Origin: Abditibacterium sp.
Lineage (GTDB): Bacteria; Armatimonadota; Abditibacteriia; Abditibacteriales; Abditibacteriaceae
DNA length: 64,000 bases
Assembly (NCBI GenBank): GCA_965246885.1
Contig: OZ251992.1
Location: forward strand, 896,001-960,000
Direction of reading: 5' to 3'
Both the position numbers and the translations under genes were made by a program. A model generated the notes under the pieces. The model was not told the origin of the DNA. It worked only from the letters and a program-made list of their open reading frames with translations, and made no database searches. The stretch's first letter is position 1. Every line of letters starts with the position of its first letter. Of the stretch, positions 1 through 9,951 are shown in pieces.

Positions 1-2
1 GG

Positions 3-1232
3 TTGCTGGTGTCGGTGGGGTATATGGATCCGGGCAACTGGGCGACGGACATCGCGGGCGGCGCGCGCTTTGGCTACGCCTTGATGTGGGTGATTTTGGC
101 GTCGAACCTCATCGCCATCTTCTTGCAAACGCTGTGCGCGCGCTTGGGGGTAGCGACCGGGCACGATCTGGCGCAGGCGTGCCGCGCCTATTATCCGCGC
201 CCCGTCTCGTTCGCGCTGTGGGTGCTGGCGGAGATTGCCATCGTCGCGTGTGATTTGGCCGAGGTCATCGGGAGCGCCATCGCCATCAACCTGCTTTCGG
301 GCGGGCGGGTGCCCTTGACGGTAGGCGTGCTCCTTACTGGCTTGGACGTGCTAATTCTGCTGGGCGCGCTGCATTTTGGCTTTCGCAAGTTGGAAGCGAT
401 TATCCTCGCGCTCGTAGCGACCATTGCCGCCTGTTTCGCGCTGCAAATCTTCTACGCCCACCCCGATTGGCTCGGCGTCGCGCGCGGGTTGTTGCCGACG
501 CTGCCGTCGTCGCCACAAGGAACTGCCACGTCGGATGGCTCCTTATACCTCGCCCTTGGCATCTTGGGCGCGACGGTAATGCCGCACAACCTGTATCTCC
601 ATTCCTCGGTCGTCAACACGCGCCGCTTTGAACACACGAGCGCGGGCAAGGCCGACGCCATCAAGTGGAACACGCTCGACACCGCGCTTAGCTTGGGCGC
701 GGCGTTCTTCGTGAACGCGGCGATTCTGGTGGTGGCGGGCGCCCTCTTCCACGCGGCGGGGCGCACCGAAGTGAAGGAGTTGGCCGACGCGCACTTGCTC
801 CTGACGAAGATGCTGCCCGCTTCGCTCGCCGCGACCGCGTTCGCCGTCGCGCTGTTGGCGAGCGGGCAAAGCTCGACCATTACCGGCACGCTCGCGGGGC
901 AGATCGTGATGGAGGGCTTCTTGAACATCCGCATCAAGCCTTGGCTGCGCCGCATGATTTCGCGCGGGCTGGCCATCATCCCGGCGCTGCTGCTCATTCA
1001 CGCGAGTGGCGGCAAGAACACCACCGGTTTGCTGGTGTTGTCGCAGGTGGTCTTGGCGATGCAACTGCCGTTCGCGGTCTTTCCGCTCATTATGTTCACG
1101 AGCGACCGGGCGAAGATGGGCCAGTTCGCTTCGACGCCGCTCGTGAAGTGGGTGGGCTACGCGCTCGCGTCGGGCATGACGGCGCTGAACGTGTATCTGC
1201 TCATCCAAACGCTGCGCGAGGTGGCGAAATGA
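3..1232 (+). CDS. mntH: Nramp-family divalent metal (Mn2+) transporter, 5' end outside window
   Basis: YMDPGN and MPHNLYLHS signature motifs, many hydrophobic helices. Confidence 0.95.
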   Translation: MLVSVGYMDPGNWATDIAGGARFGYALMWVILASNLIAIFLQTLCARLGVATGHDLAQACRAYYPRPVSFALWVLAEIAIVACDLAEVIGSAIAINLLSGGRVPLTVGVLLTGLDVLILLGALHFGFRKLEAIILALVATIAACFALQIFYAHPDWLGVARGLLPTLPSSPQGTATSDGSLYLALGILGATVMPHNLYLHSSVVNTRRFEHTSAGKADAIKWNTLDTALSLGAAFFVNAAILVVAGALFHAAGRTEVKELADAHLLLTKMLPASLAATAFAVALLASGQSSTITGTLAGQIVMEGFLNIRIKPWLRRMISRGLAIIPALLLIHASGGKNTTGLLVLSQVVLAMQLPFAVFPLIMFTSDRAKMGQFASTPLVKWVGYALASGMTALNVYLLIQTLREVAK

Positions 1233-1687
1233 TGCCCGAAACCGTCTCTCCGCTCGGTCGCGCCGCGTTGTCGCGCTCGGTTGAAGATTACCTGAAAGCC
1301 CTGCACGCCCTTGCCGAAGGCGGCGCGTCCGTTTCGACGCAATCGCTCGCCGACCTCCTCGGCGTCGCCCCCGCCAGCGCCACCAACATGGCCAAGCGCT
1401 TGGCCGGAATGGGCCTCGCCCACCACACCCCCTATCGCGGCATCGAACTCAGCGAAGCGGGCACGCGCGCCGCCCTCGAAATCGTGCGCCACCACCGCAT
1501 CATCGAAACCTTCCTCCTCGAAATCCTCGGCCTCGACGCCCACAAAGTCCACGCCGAAGCCGAACGCTGGGAACACGTCGTCAGCGAAGAAGTCGAACAA
1601 CTGATGATGGATAAACTCGGCCACCCCCAGTTCGACCCACACGGCAGGCCGATACCGGTGGTGGAACCGATTAAACTGGGCGCGTGA
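1229..1687 (+). CDS. mntR: DtxR/MntR-family metal-dependent repressor (no C-terminal FeoA domain)
   Basis: EDYLKAL, HTH, RHHRIIETFL, EAERWEH, DPHG motifs; ATGA overlap with the mntH stop. Confidence 0.92.
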   Translation: MMPETVSPLGRAALSRSVEDYLKALHALAEGGASVSTQSLADLLGVAPASATNMAKRLAGMGLAHHTPYRGIELSEAGTRAALEIVRHHRIIETFLLEILGLDAHKVHAEAERWEHVVSEEVEQLMMDKLGHPQFDPHGRPIPVVEPIKLGA

Positions 1688-1717
1688 CAATTCCGGATTC
1701 ACTTTGAGAGAAATGAT

Positions 1718-2446
1718 ATGCCCAACTCTTTTCTTGATGTTGCCAAGAAGTATCGAAGCAAGCCTGTTAGTTGGTGGCTAAGGGTGCCTTTATACGCCAG
1801 CCGTTATAGCCGCCACTTGTTGCGGTCGCAAATGCGCGTTCTGGCCTACCGCAGCAAAACTGTCAGGCGTATCACGGGGCTTCAGGTGCCCGCGCCGCCA
1901 TCAGTTAAGCGCGCTATTGTGCGTGTCTTCGCTACCAATTATCGGCTTGGAGTCTTCGTGGAAACCGGCACTTACCTTGGCGACACAACGGCGGAGTTGG
2001 CGGAGGTCGTGCGGCGCGTTTATTCCATCGAGTTGTCTCCCACATTGTTCGCTCAAGCGCAGGCGCGATTTGCCGGACACGACAATGTCGTGCTAAAGTG
2101 CGGCGATAGCGGCGAAGTATTGCCTGCGCTACTTCAAGAGTTGACCGAGCCGTGTCTGTTCTGGCTCGACGGCCACTTTTCGGGCGGCGAGACGGCGCGC
2201 GGGGCATCGGATACGCCTATCGGCATCGAGTTAGAAGCCATCATCCGCCGCGCCCAAGCAGACCCCGACGGCGTCGGACGCAGCGTGATTTTAATAGACG
2301 ACGCCCGCGATTTCGGTCGCGGCGCCTACCCTCCAATTGCATCTTTACGTGCTCTTATCGACAAAGCCATTCCCGACGCATCCTTTACCGTAGACGCCGA
2401 CATCATCCGCATAGTGCTTGCGCCGCGCCCGCTTGAAGTCCAATGA
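1718..2446 (+). CDS. Class I SAM-dependent methyltransferase-like protein
   Basis: FVETGTYLGDT, SIEL, GDS, FWLDGH motifs; heads a glycosyltransferase locus. Confidence 0.7.
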   Translation: MPNSFLDVAKKYRSKPVSWWLRVPLYASRYSRHLLRSQMRVLAYRSKTVRRITGLQVPAPPSVKRAIVRVFATNYRLGVFVETGTYLGDTTAELAEVVRRVYSIELSPTLFAQAQARFAGHDNVVLKCGDSGEVLPALLQELTEPCLFWLDGHFSGGETARGASDTPIGIELEAIIRRAQADPDGVGRSVILIDDARDFGRGAYPPIASLRALIDKAIPDASFTVDADIIRIVLAPRPLEVQ

Positions 2447-3129
2447 ATCAGCAATTCTTAAGTCGTGTGAGTCGAAAGATAAAGCGGGTGATCTATGGCG
2501 CGAAGATTGAGAAGTTCGCTTACCAGTCGGAGGTAGATCGCTGGTTTGCTGATCCTCACAGCAACACCAAGCGCTTTGATTACCCGCTCTCATCAGAATC
2601 TTTGGTTTTAGATGTGGGTGGTTTCGATGGTGTTTGGGCGATGAGAGTCTTCGCTCGCTTCCAGTGTCGTATTTTTGTTTTCGAGCCGAGCCGGGCCAGA
2701 ATCGAGACATTAAACGAGATTTTTAAGGGTAATGCCGTAGTTCGCGTGTTTCCTTTTGGTTTAGGATCCAGCAGCCGCAAAGAAGCTCTCTCCTTGGCAG
2801 GTGACGGCTCTTCGTTTTATTCTTCGGCCATAACTGACACAGAAGAAGCTGAAATCGTGGACGTCTCTCAATTCCTCCAAGATGAGTCGCTCAAGAGGAT
2901 TGATTTGCTCAAAGTGAACATTGAGGGCGGAGAATACGAGTTGCTTGCCCGCATGATAGAAACCGGACTCATTAAACACGTGGCGAACTTGCAAGTCCAG
3001 TTTCACTTTCTGTCTGAGCAGTCGAAGGCCGATAGAGCGCGCATCCGCGAAGATTTAGCTAAGACGCACACCTGCACTTATTGCTATGAGTTCGTTTGGG
3101 AGAACTGGACTCTCAAGTCCGATGGGTAG
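2443..3129 (+). CDS. FkbM-family methyltransferase
   Basis: VLDVGG, FEP, DLLKVNIEGGEY motifs. Confidence 0.85.
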   Translation: MNQQFLSRVSRKIKRVIYGAKIEKFAYQSEVDRWFADPHSNTKRFDYPLSSESLVLDVGGFDGVWAMRVFARFQCRIFVFEPSRARIETLNEIFKGNAVVRVFPFGLGSSSRKEALSLAGDGSSFYSSAITDTEEAEIVDVSQFLQDESLKRIDLLKVNIEGGEYELLARMIETGLIKHVANLQVQFHFLSEQSKADRARIREDLAKTHTCTYCYEFVWENWTLKSDG

Positions 3130-3237
3130 TCTGCACACTGACCGCTACCCGTTTCCGTTTCCGCAAACTCGCTGAATTAGGGGTGAGGCGCTGGTTCAAA
3201 TATGGGAGCAGTGGGGGCAATCTACACTTCAAACGCG

Positions 3238-3981
3238 ATGCCCCAGATTTTCCCTTTGTCTACCCTGCCTCGGCGCGTTGTTGGAAGGGTGAAACTTTTC
3301 CTTGCCCTTCGGAACGCCGTTGATGATTCGATACCACTTAAGGAAATTGCCAAGTATCTTCCCCACAACCCCGTGATTGTAGAAGCGGGCGCTCATAATG
3401 GCTCGGAGACGGTGTCAATGGTGCGGTTTTGGCCACAAGCGCAAATTCACGCCTTTGAGCCGGTGCCGTCCATATTCGCTCAGTTGGAAAACAAGACGCG
3501 CGCGTTTCCTCAGGTGGTTCGCCATAACACGGCTTTGGGGAAGGAGACGGGGCAATCAACCCTGTATGTTAGCAGTGGCGGCTCCGATGCCTCCAGTTCT
3601 CTGCTGCCCCCCAAGGAGCACTTAATCACGAATCCCCACGTCAAGTTTGAGGAGGAGATCATCGTCCAAACGATTACGCTCGACGATTGGAAGCGGCGTG
3701 ATGGTATCAAGAAAATAGACTTTCTGTGGCTGGATATGCAGGGGTATGAACTGGCCGCGCTCAAAGCGGGGTTGAGCGTTCTGGAGGATGTTCAGGCGAT
3801 TTACATGGAGGTTAACACCCTCGAAACGTATGCCGGAGCGCCGCTTTTGCCCGAAGCTGAGGCTTGGCTGAAAGGGCGCGGGTTTCGCATGGCCGCCGTG
3901 AAGATTCCTTACAGCGATGGTGGCAATGCCTTGTTTATTCGGGAGGACGGACGCCCAACATCAGTTTCGCGCGGTTTTTGA
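3238..3981 (+). CDS. FkbM-family methyltransferase (alternative start 3202)
   Basis: VEAGAHNG, FEP, DFLWLDMQGYE motifs. Confidence 0.88.
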   Translation: MPQIFPLSTLPRRVVGRVKLFLALRNAVDDSIPLKEIAKYLPHNPVIVEAGAHNGSETVSMVRFWPQAQIHAFEPVPSIFAQLENKTRAFPQVVRHNTALGKETGQSTLYVSSGGSDASSSLLPPKEHLITNPHVKFEEEIIVQTITLDDWKRRDGIKKIDFLWLDMQGYELAALKAGLSVLEDVQAIYMEVNTLETYAGAPLLPEAEAWLKGRGFRMAAVKIPYSDGGNALFIREDGRPTSVSRGF

Positions 3982-4918
3982 CCCGCGAAAGTAGCGTGGC
4001 GCGCGGCAAAGGTTCCGGCTGAAAAACTTGGTGCTGGCACAGTGTGGTGGTTCGTGAAAGGGTTTGGGAGGCCAGTTCGAGGGCGTTGTATGCGTTCAGA
4101 ACCAAGTCGCGCGCCCTCTTTCTCGCGGCCTTTGATTGCTCGGCCACGTTGTTCTCGATGGCTTCGCGGATGATATCGGCGGCTTCAACCGGCGAGCCGG
4201 ACGGCAACAGGCAAAGGCTGGACGGCTCGAAGTAGGCGTGTATATTGGGTGCACCGATATAAAAAGGAAAGGCCCCTCCCAAAAAACTGTCGGCGAGTTT
4301 CTCCGTCCAATAGTGTTCAACTTCGCTATTTTCTATGGCGATGTGATAGCGATAGGGAACAATGGCTTCCCACTTGTCTTGGATGTCCCGTATGCCGCGC
4401 CCATAAAAATCAAGTTGGTCGCCTAAAATCTCTTTCAAGGCACGCACCATCGCCAGACGTTTTCGGTGTCCCGGAGTAAAGGCTTTGTCTGAGCAAATCA
4501 CCGAGAGATGGTGTGGCTTATTGTCCCCATCGAGCGTTTGAAAATCTTCGTAGAGGGGAAAGTGCCCAAGCGGTGAGCCATGAAGTCCCAAGTGCCAAGG
4601 CAGGCCCGGTGCCATCAACCGCACGCGGGGATGAGACATGGACGGCTGGCAACTGATGACTTGGTGGAATTGAGCGAGGAACCGGGGATTGTACGAACGA
4701 ACTGCGGGCGGTTCGGCGGCGAAAAAGAGGGTGTTTTCGGCTGGGCACGACACTTCAAACGCATCGCTAAAACCTTCGAAAACCACACAGGCATCGCAGA
4801 CGGTTGCGTCGAGCGAGAAGCGGCAGTCTTTCCATACACCTTCGCCATTGGGAGATTGACGCAAGAGAAGCCGCAAATCGGATTCGGCTCCGACCAATCG
4901 AATGAGCATGAAGCGCAA
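3935..4918 (-). CDS. Glycosyltransferase family 10 (alpha-1,3-fucosyltransferase-like)
   Basis: YRYHIAIENS...YWTEKLADSF...PFYIG fucosyltransferase motif. Confidence 0.8.
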   Translation of the reverse strand: MRFMLIRLVGAESDLRLLLRQSPNGEGVWKDCRFSLDATVCDACVVFEGFSDAFEVSCPAENTLFFAAEPPAVRSYNPRFLAQFHQVISCQPSMSHPRVRLMAPGLPWHLGLHGSPLGHFPLYEDFQTLDGDNKPHHLSVICSDKAFTPGHRKRLAMVRALKEILGDQLDFYGRGIRDIQDKWEAIVPYRYHIAIENSEVEHYWTEKLADSFLGGAFPFYIGAPNIHAYFEPSSLCLLPSGSPVEAADIIREAIENNVAEQSKAARKRARDLVLNAYNALELASQTLSRTTTLCQHQVFQPEPLPRATLLSRVKNRAKLMLGVRPPE

Positions 4919-4961
4919 GTATCAACTCTTCGTCGTTGGTAGAGGCAAACTTGCTTCTCTC

Positions 4962-6086
4962 GTGCACATCTTCTACGCTTCCGACACGCGGCCCAACGCG
5001 GCGATTCAATCGAGCATCTGGCGGCGCAACCTGTATGAAACGCTCGTGAGCATGGGGCACCACGTCACCGAGTTGCAAGGCGACTTGGGCGAAACCTTTC
5101 GCAATCTCGACCCGGCGATTCCCGCACAAAAGGCCTTCATCGAGAAAAACCGTCCGGTCTTGAGCGCCCTCGTGTGGAAGCAGGTGCAAGAAGCCCACGC
5201 GCGCCAGCCGCTCGACCTCTTCTTCTCCTACTTCTACGATGCGTGCATCACGCCAGAGATTGTGGAGGCGATAAACGGTCTGGGGGTGCCGACAGTTAAC
5301 TGGTATTGCAACGGCTCGTTTCAACTCCATCTGGTGCGCGCCATTTCGCCGCACTACCGCTACTGTTTAGTGCCGGAAAAGTTCCGCTTGAAGGATTACG
5401 AGGCGATGGGTGCCCATCCCATCTACTGCCAAGAGGCGGCGAACCCCGATTTCTACAAGCCCTACGATGTGCCGCGCGAGTTCGACGTCGCCTTTGTTGG
5501 GCAAGCCTACGGTGAACGGCCTCAAGCGGTTGCCGACCTTATCGAAGCCGGAATAGACGTGCGCGTTTGGGGGCCGGGATGGACTGATTTAACCAAGCAA
5601 GGCCAACGCGACCGACAAACGATTCGTATGAGGTTGGGAAAACTCAAGCGCATGGTCTTGGGGCAACCGTTGCCCGGAGTCGTCACGCTGCCCGCGCACA
5701 ACGTGGGCGGAGTCCTCAGCGACGACGAGATGGTGAAAACATTCTCGCGCGCCAAAATCAACCTCGGCTTTTCGAGTTGCGGCGATACGCACAGGGGCGA
5801 AGAGCGCATCGTGCAAGTGCGCCTGCGCGATTTTGAAGTGCCGATGAGCGGCGGCTTCTATTTGGTCGAACACATGGACGAACTGGGCGAGTTCTTTGAG
5901 TTGGGGCGGGAAATTGAAACCTACCGCGATTTCTCCGAACTGCGCGACAAAGTCCGTTTCTATCTCCAGCACGACGACGCCAGAGAAACCATCCGCCGCG
6001 CCGGATTCGCGCGCGCGCGCCGCGATCATACATGGCAAAAACGCTTTGAGATGGCCTTCGAGAGGATAGGGTTGGAAGCCGGATGA
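4962..6086 (+). CDS. CgeB-like glycosyltransferase (GT-B fold); GTG start assumed
   Basis: DVAFVG..YGER, KINLGF, RLRDFEVPMSGGF, DHTWQKRF motifs. Confidence 0.8.
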   Translation: MHIFYASDTRPNAAIQSSIWRRNLYETLVSMGHHVTELQGDLGETFRNLDPAIPAQKAFIEKNRPVLSALVWKQVQEAHARQPLDLFFSYFYDACITPEIVEAINGLGVPTVNWYCNGSFQLHLVRAISPHYRYCLVPEKFRLKDYEAMGAHPIYCQEAANPDFYKPYDVPREFDVAFVGQAYGERPQAVADLIEAGIDVRVWGPGWTDLTKQGQRDRQTIRMRLGKLKRMVLGQPLPGVVTLPAHNVGGVLSDDEMVKTFSRAKINLGFSSCGDTHRGEERIVQVRLRDFEVPMSGGFYLVEHMDELGEFFELGREIETYRDFSELRDKVRFYLQHDDARETIRRAGFARARRDHTWQKRFEMAFERIGLEAG

Positions 6087-7042
6087 GTCAGTTCGACATC
6101 CTCATGCCCGCGTTCAATGCGGCCCAAACCATCGCCGAAAGCATCGAAAGCGTGCAACGGCAAACTTTCTCCGCTTGGGAGTTGTGGATAGTGAACGATG
6201 GCTCTACCGACGAGACATCCGAAGCGGTGCGCCCGTTCCTCCGCGACCCGCGCATCCATTTGATAGAGCAGGAAAATCAAAGATTAGGCGCCGCGCGCAA
6301 CGCGGGGTTGAGAGAAGGAACGGCCCCACTGGTTTGCTTCTTGGACTCGGATGATTTGTGGGAGGCGCCCAAGTTGGAGCGCCAGTTCCAAGCGCACGAG
6401 GAACACGACGCGTCGGTGTCTTTCAGTGATGGAGAGATATTCTGGGATGCTGAACCGACGCGAAGAGAGACGTTTGGAACCGCTCGTGGCTTCTTTGAAC
6501 CCCATGCGATGTTGCGAAGGCTTTTGCTCCGAAACCAGTTGCCCGTTCTTTCGGTCGCCGTGCGGCGCGAGGCCATCGAGAGGGCTGGAGGTTTTGATGA
6601 GACGGCGGCTTTTCACGGCGTCGAGGACTACGACTTATGGCTTCGCTTGGCGGAGCAAGGCGCGAGCTTCTATGGCATAAACGCTTCCTTGGTGCGCTAC
6701 CGGCGCCATGCTCAGGCGATGACCCTTGACCTATCACCCCACGTGATGTTGCGCGAGATTAACGTCTGGGAGCGCCACTTTCCAACCGCCCAAGCGTTGG
6801 GCTTGGGTGATGCGCTCGCCGCCAAACTGCGGGTTTACTATCATGGTGCCGCTCTCAAGCTAGTCAAGCAAGGCGATGTCCAAGCGGCAGTGGCGCTGCT
6901 TTGCGGGCCGGACACTCGGCGATGGGACAATGCGCCTTCTAAAATAAAGCGGGCGGTATTTCAAAGAGCGCCGCGTTTGTATGTCGCCTTTTACGACACC
7001 CTCGCTGCTGCCAAGCGGCAAGCCAAACGAGTTCCAAAATGA
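6083..7042 (+). CDS. Glycosyltransferase family 2
   Basis: ILMPAFN, VNDGSTD, ARNAGL, FLDSDD, EDYDLWLR. Confidence 0.92.
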   Translation: MSQFDILMPAFNAAQTIAESIESVQRQTFSAWELWIVNDGSTDETSEAVRPFLRDPRIHLIEQENQRLGAARNAGLREGTAPLVCFLDSDDLWEAPKLERQFQAHEEHDASVSFSDGEIFWDAEPTRRETFGTARGFFEPHAMLRRLLLRNQLPVLSVAVRREAIERAGGFDETAAFHGVEDYDLWLRLAEQGASFYGINASLVRYRRHAQAMTLDLSPHVMLREINVWERHFPTAQALGLGDALAAKLRVYYHGAALKLVKQGDVQAAVALLCGPDTRRWDNAPSKIKRAVFQRAPRLYVAFYDTLAAAKRQAKRVPK

Positions 7043-8007
7043 CGCCCATTGTTTCCGTCATCATTCCCTGCCACAACTACGCGCATTTGCTGGGCGAGAC
7101 GTTGGAAAGCGTCAGGGCGCAGACGCTGCCCGAGTGGGAGTGCCTTGTGGTGGATGATGGGTCGAGCGACGGGACGGCGGAACTGGTGGCGTCGTTTCGG
7201 GCGCGCGACGAGCGGTTTGTGCTCGTGGAGCGGGAAAACGCGGGCGTTTCGGCGGCGCGCAATGCGGGAATCGCGCGGGCGCGCGGCGAGTTTTTGCAAT
7301 TCTTGGATGCCGACGACCTCATTGAGGCCGACAAACTGCGCGTCCATAGCGACTTGTTGCGGGGAAATCCCGAATGGGCGCTGGTTTATGGCGACGCGCG
7401 GTTTTTCGATTCTTCTGACGCGCCTTGGCCCCCCGAATCGCGCTTGCGGCTGGGGATGTTGCCCGATTCGCCCGAACGGATGCCGCGCGTTTCGTCGGAG
7501 CAAACTGATGTGATGGCACCCCTGCTGCGGCAAAATATCATGGTGGTCAGCGCGCCGCTTGTGCGCCGCGATTGGGTGCGCCGCGCGGGTGGTTTCGTCG
7601 CCGGGTTTAATCACAACGAAGACTGGGATTTGTGGCTGCGGCTGGCCGTTCTGGGCGCTCAGTTTCAGTACAGCGATGCGCCGCAAACACGCACTTTGAT
7701 TCGCGTTCACGGCCACAGTGCCAGTCAGAACCGGGCCGAGATGTTTCGCGGGGAATGGGAAATGCGCGCGCGGTGGCGTGAAATCCTGTTGCACCCGTCT
7801 CACCGCGCGTTCAACGAAGAGCGCATCCTGCGAGCGAAAGGGTTGTGGCTCCAGATTCAATCGAAAGGGCGCCATTTTGGGCGCGGTCGCGCGTTGTTGC
7901 GGGCCGAGCCGAAGGCGAATCGGGCACCCATCCTTAAGTATTGTCTGGCCGCCCAGTTGTTCGAGTGGCCCTTGTTCGGCAGGCTTTGGCGCAAACTCAA
8001 GAAATGA
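7039..8007 (+). CDS. Glycosyltransferase family 2
   Basis: VSVIIPCHN, VDDGSSD, FLDADD, EDWDLWLR. Confidence 0.92.
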   Translation: MTPIVSVIIPCHNYAHLLGETLESVRAQTLPEWECLVVDDGSSDGTAELVASFRARDERFVLVERENAGVSAARNAGIARARGEFLQFLDADDLIEADKLRVHSDLLRGNPEWALVYGDARFFDSSDAPWPPESRLRLGMLPDSPERMPRVSSEQTDVMAPLLRQNIMVVSAPLVRRDWVRRAGGFVAGFNHNEDWDLWLRLAVLGAQFQYSDAPQTRTLIRVHGHSASQNRAEMFRGEWEMRARWREILLHPSHRAFNEERILRAKGLWLQIQSKGRHFGRGRALLRAEPKANRAPILKYCLAAQLFEWPLFGRLWRKLKK

Positions 8008-8029
8008 TCCCCTTGAAAGGATGCTCAGC

Positions 8030-8890
8030 ATGAAATGGATCTTCGCGCTTAACGCGGAATCGGTGGACTCTTATGGCGACTTCGCGCGGGTGGCGGTGTG
8101 GTCGGCGCGGCGCCATTCGTCGTTGGAGGCGGTGTGTTTGTTCGATGGCGAGCCGTGCGACTTCACCGATTGGCTCGAAGGGCGGGGCGTCGAGGTGGTG
8201 CAGGCGCGCTCGCGGTTTTATGAGGCCATCGGCGAGGTGGCGCGGCGGCGAAACAATCCGGGCCTTTTCCGAACGGGCGCGGGCGCGTTTTTGCGCTTGG
8301 AGATTCCGCGCGTGGCGCAGGAGTTGGGCTGGAGCGACGAGTTCGTGTTTTACACCGACTGCGACGTGATTTTTCAGTCCGACCCGCGCCCGCTTTTGGA
8401 GGGGCTGACGCCGCGCGTGTTCGCGGCGGCGCCGGAAACGTTCCGGGAGAAGCCGCTTCACATGAACACGGGCGCGATGTGGCTACGCGTGGCGGCGCTC
8501 GCCGACCCACAGTTGGAAGTGTGGACGCGGGCGAATCTGGAAAGATGCCTCGCGGCGTCGTTCGACCAAGGCGCGCTCCGCGTGTTTTATAACTTGTTGC
8601 ACCGCCGCGCGTGGCGCCTCGGTGTTCCCGATAAGCTCTTTTATGCCGTGATGTCGCGTGTGCCGCTCCGAACGTGGCAGTGGGACGACTTGCCGCTCGA
8701 ACTTAATTGGAAGCCGTATTGGGGCGAGAACCCTGCCGCGTCCGTCATCCACTTTCACGGCCTCAAGCCCACGTATCGCGCCGTTACTGCACAAGCCAAG
8801 TTGCCTCCTTATATGGCCGTGATGCACACCCCGTTTTGGGAGGAGTGCGCCGCGCGGTGGGACGCGCTTCTCTTGGAGGCCAAGACATGA
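8030..8890 (+). CDS. Glycosyltransferase family 8-like (alternative start 8021)
   Basis: RLEIP, YTDCD (DxD), NTG, DQG, IHFHGLKP motifs. Confidence 0.72.
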   Translation: MKWIFALNAESVDSYGDFARVAVWSARRHSSLEAVCLFDGEPCDFTDWLEGRGVEVVQARSRFYEAIGEVARRRNNPGLFRTGAGAFLRLEIPRVAQELGWSDEFVFYTDCDVIFQSDPRPLLEGLTPRVFAAAPETFREKPLHMNTGAMWLRVAALADPQLEVWTRANLERCLAASFDQGALRVFYNLLHRRAWRLGVPDKLFYAVMSRVPLRTWQWDDLPLELNWKPYWGENPAASVIHFHGLKPTYRAVTAQAKLPPYMAVMHTPFWEECAARWDALLLEAKT

Positions 8891-9759
8891 CCGTTTCCGT
8901 TGTGGTTCCCGTTTACAATCGCGGCGCGGCGGTGGCTTTGACGCTTGATTCCGTGCTGGCGCAGACGCTCGCGCCGATGGAGGTTATCGCCGTAGACGAC
9001 GGCTCGACCGACGGAAGTGCCGATTTCATCGCGGCGCGTTATGGCGGCGCGGTGCGCGTGATTCGCCAGCTTAATGGCGGCGTGGCGCGCGCGCGCAATC
9101 GCGGTTGGCGCGAAGCGCGGGGCGAATGGATCGCTTTCCTCGACCACGACGACGCTTTCCGTCCGCACAAGTTGGCGACGCTACGGCCCTTTTTGGCGGG
9201 CGAAGCGAGCGTTCTGGTGTCGCGGTGGCGCGAGGTGGAGGGTGGCGAAGTCGTGCGCATCAGCCCCGTCGTGCAGGGCAACCGCGCTTTTGGTTGGCTG
9301 TTTGGCTGGGACAATCCACTCGTGTCGGCGAGTGTGCCGCTCGTGCGCCGCGCCGTGTTGGAGAGCGTCGGCGGCTTCGATGCGCGTTGCGTGCCCGCCG
9401 ACGACTGGGATTTGTGGTTGCGCTTGGCCGCGCGCGGTGAAAAGTTCGCATGGAGCGATGAAGTCCTCACCGACTACATTCTTCACCCCGGCCAGCAACG
9501 CCGCGCCGAGGCCGCGATGTTCCGCGCCGTCCGCCGCACGCTGGGGCGCCACCCCGCCGCGCTCGCCGCGCGCCCGGTTTTGCTGTGGTGGCTCGTGTGG
9601 AGCGGCGCGTTCGTTCCGTCTTCTCCGGCCTATGCGCGCTTCAAAGCTGGCGACCCCACCGCCCTGCGCGATGCCGTGCGCGCCCATCCGCTCGCGTTGC
9701 TTAGCCCGCAGTGGCTAATCGCCCTCGCGCGCCGCGCGATGAAAGAACGGGCTACGTGA
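8887..9759 (+). CDS. Glycosyltransferase family 2
   Basis: VSVVVPVYN, VDDGSTD, FLDHDD, DDWDLWLR; ATGA overlap. Confidence 0.92.
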   Translation: MTVSVVVPVYNRGAAVALTLDSVLAQTLAPMEVIAVDDGSTDGSADFIAARYGGAVRVIRQLNGGVARARNRGWREARGEWIAFLDHDDAFRPHKLATLRPFLAGEASVLVSRWREVEGGEVVRISPVVQGNRAFGWLFGWDNPLVSASVPLVRRAVLESVGGFDARCVPADDWDLWLRLAARGEKFAWSDEVLTDYILHPGQQRRAEAAMFRAVRRTLGRHPAALAARPVLLWWLVWSGAFVPSSPAYARFKAGDPTALRDAVRAHPLALLSPQWLIALARRAMKERAT

Positions 9760-9762
9760 CCG

Positions 9763-9938
9763 GAAGAATTAACTAACTCCCCGGAGAGTTAGCTAATTCT
9801 TCGACTGACAGACCTCTGTCTGCCGAAGAATTATATGCGCCAGTCAAAGAGGAAGGTGATTCTTCCGCCGACACACGTAATTCTTCGGAAGAATTACGTA
9901 GTTCCCTCGAAGAATTAGCCGTCTCTTCGGAAGAATTA
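9763..9938. repeat. Degenerate 21-bp-period array with GAAGAATTA/TAATTCTTC cores and two inverted repeats
   Basis: GAAGAATTA at 9763, 9825, 9888, 9909, 9930; reverse-complement core at 9794, 9878 (variant at 9857). Confidence 0.8.
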
Positions 9939-9951
9939 CCTCGTTTTTTCC

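Noticed and set aside
6991..8031. 346-aa minus-strand ORF
   Set aside because: Antisense shadow of a clear GT2 gene in high-GC DNA
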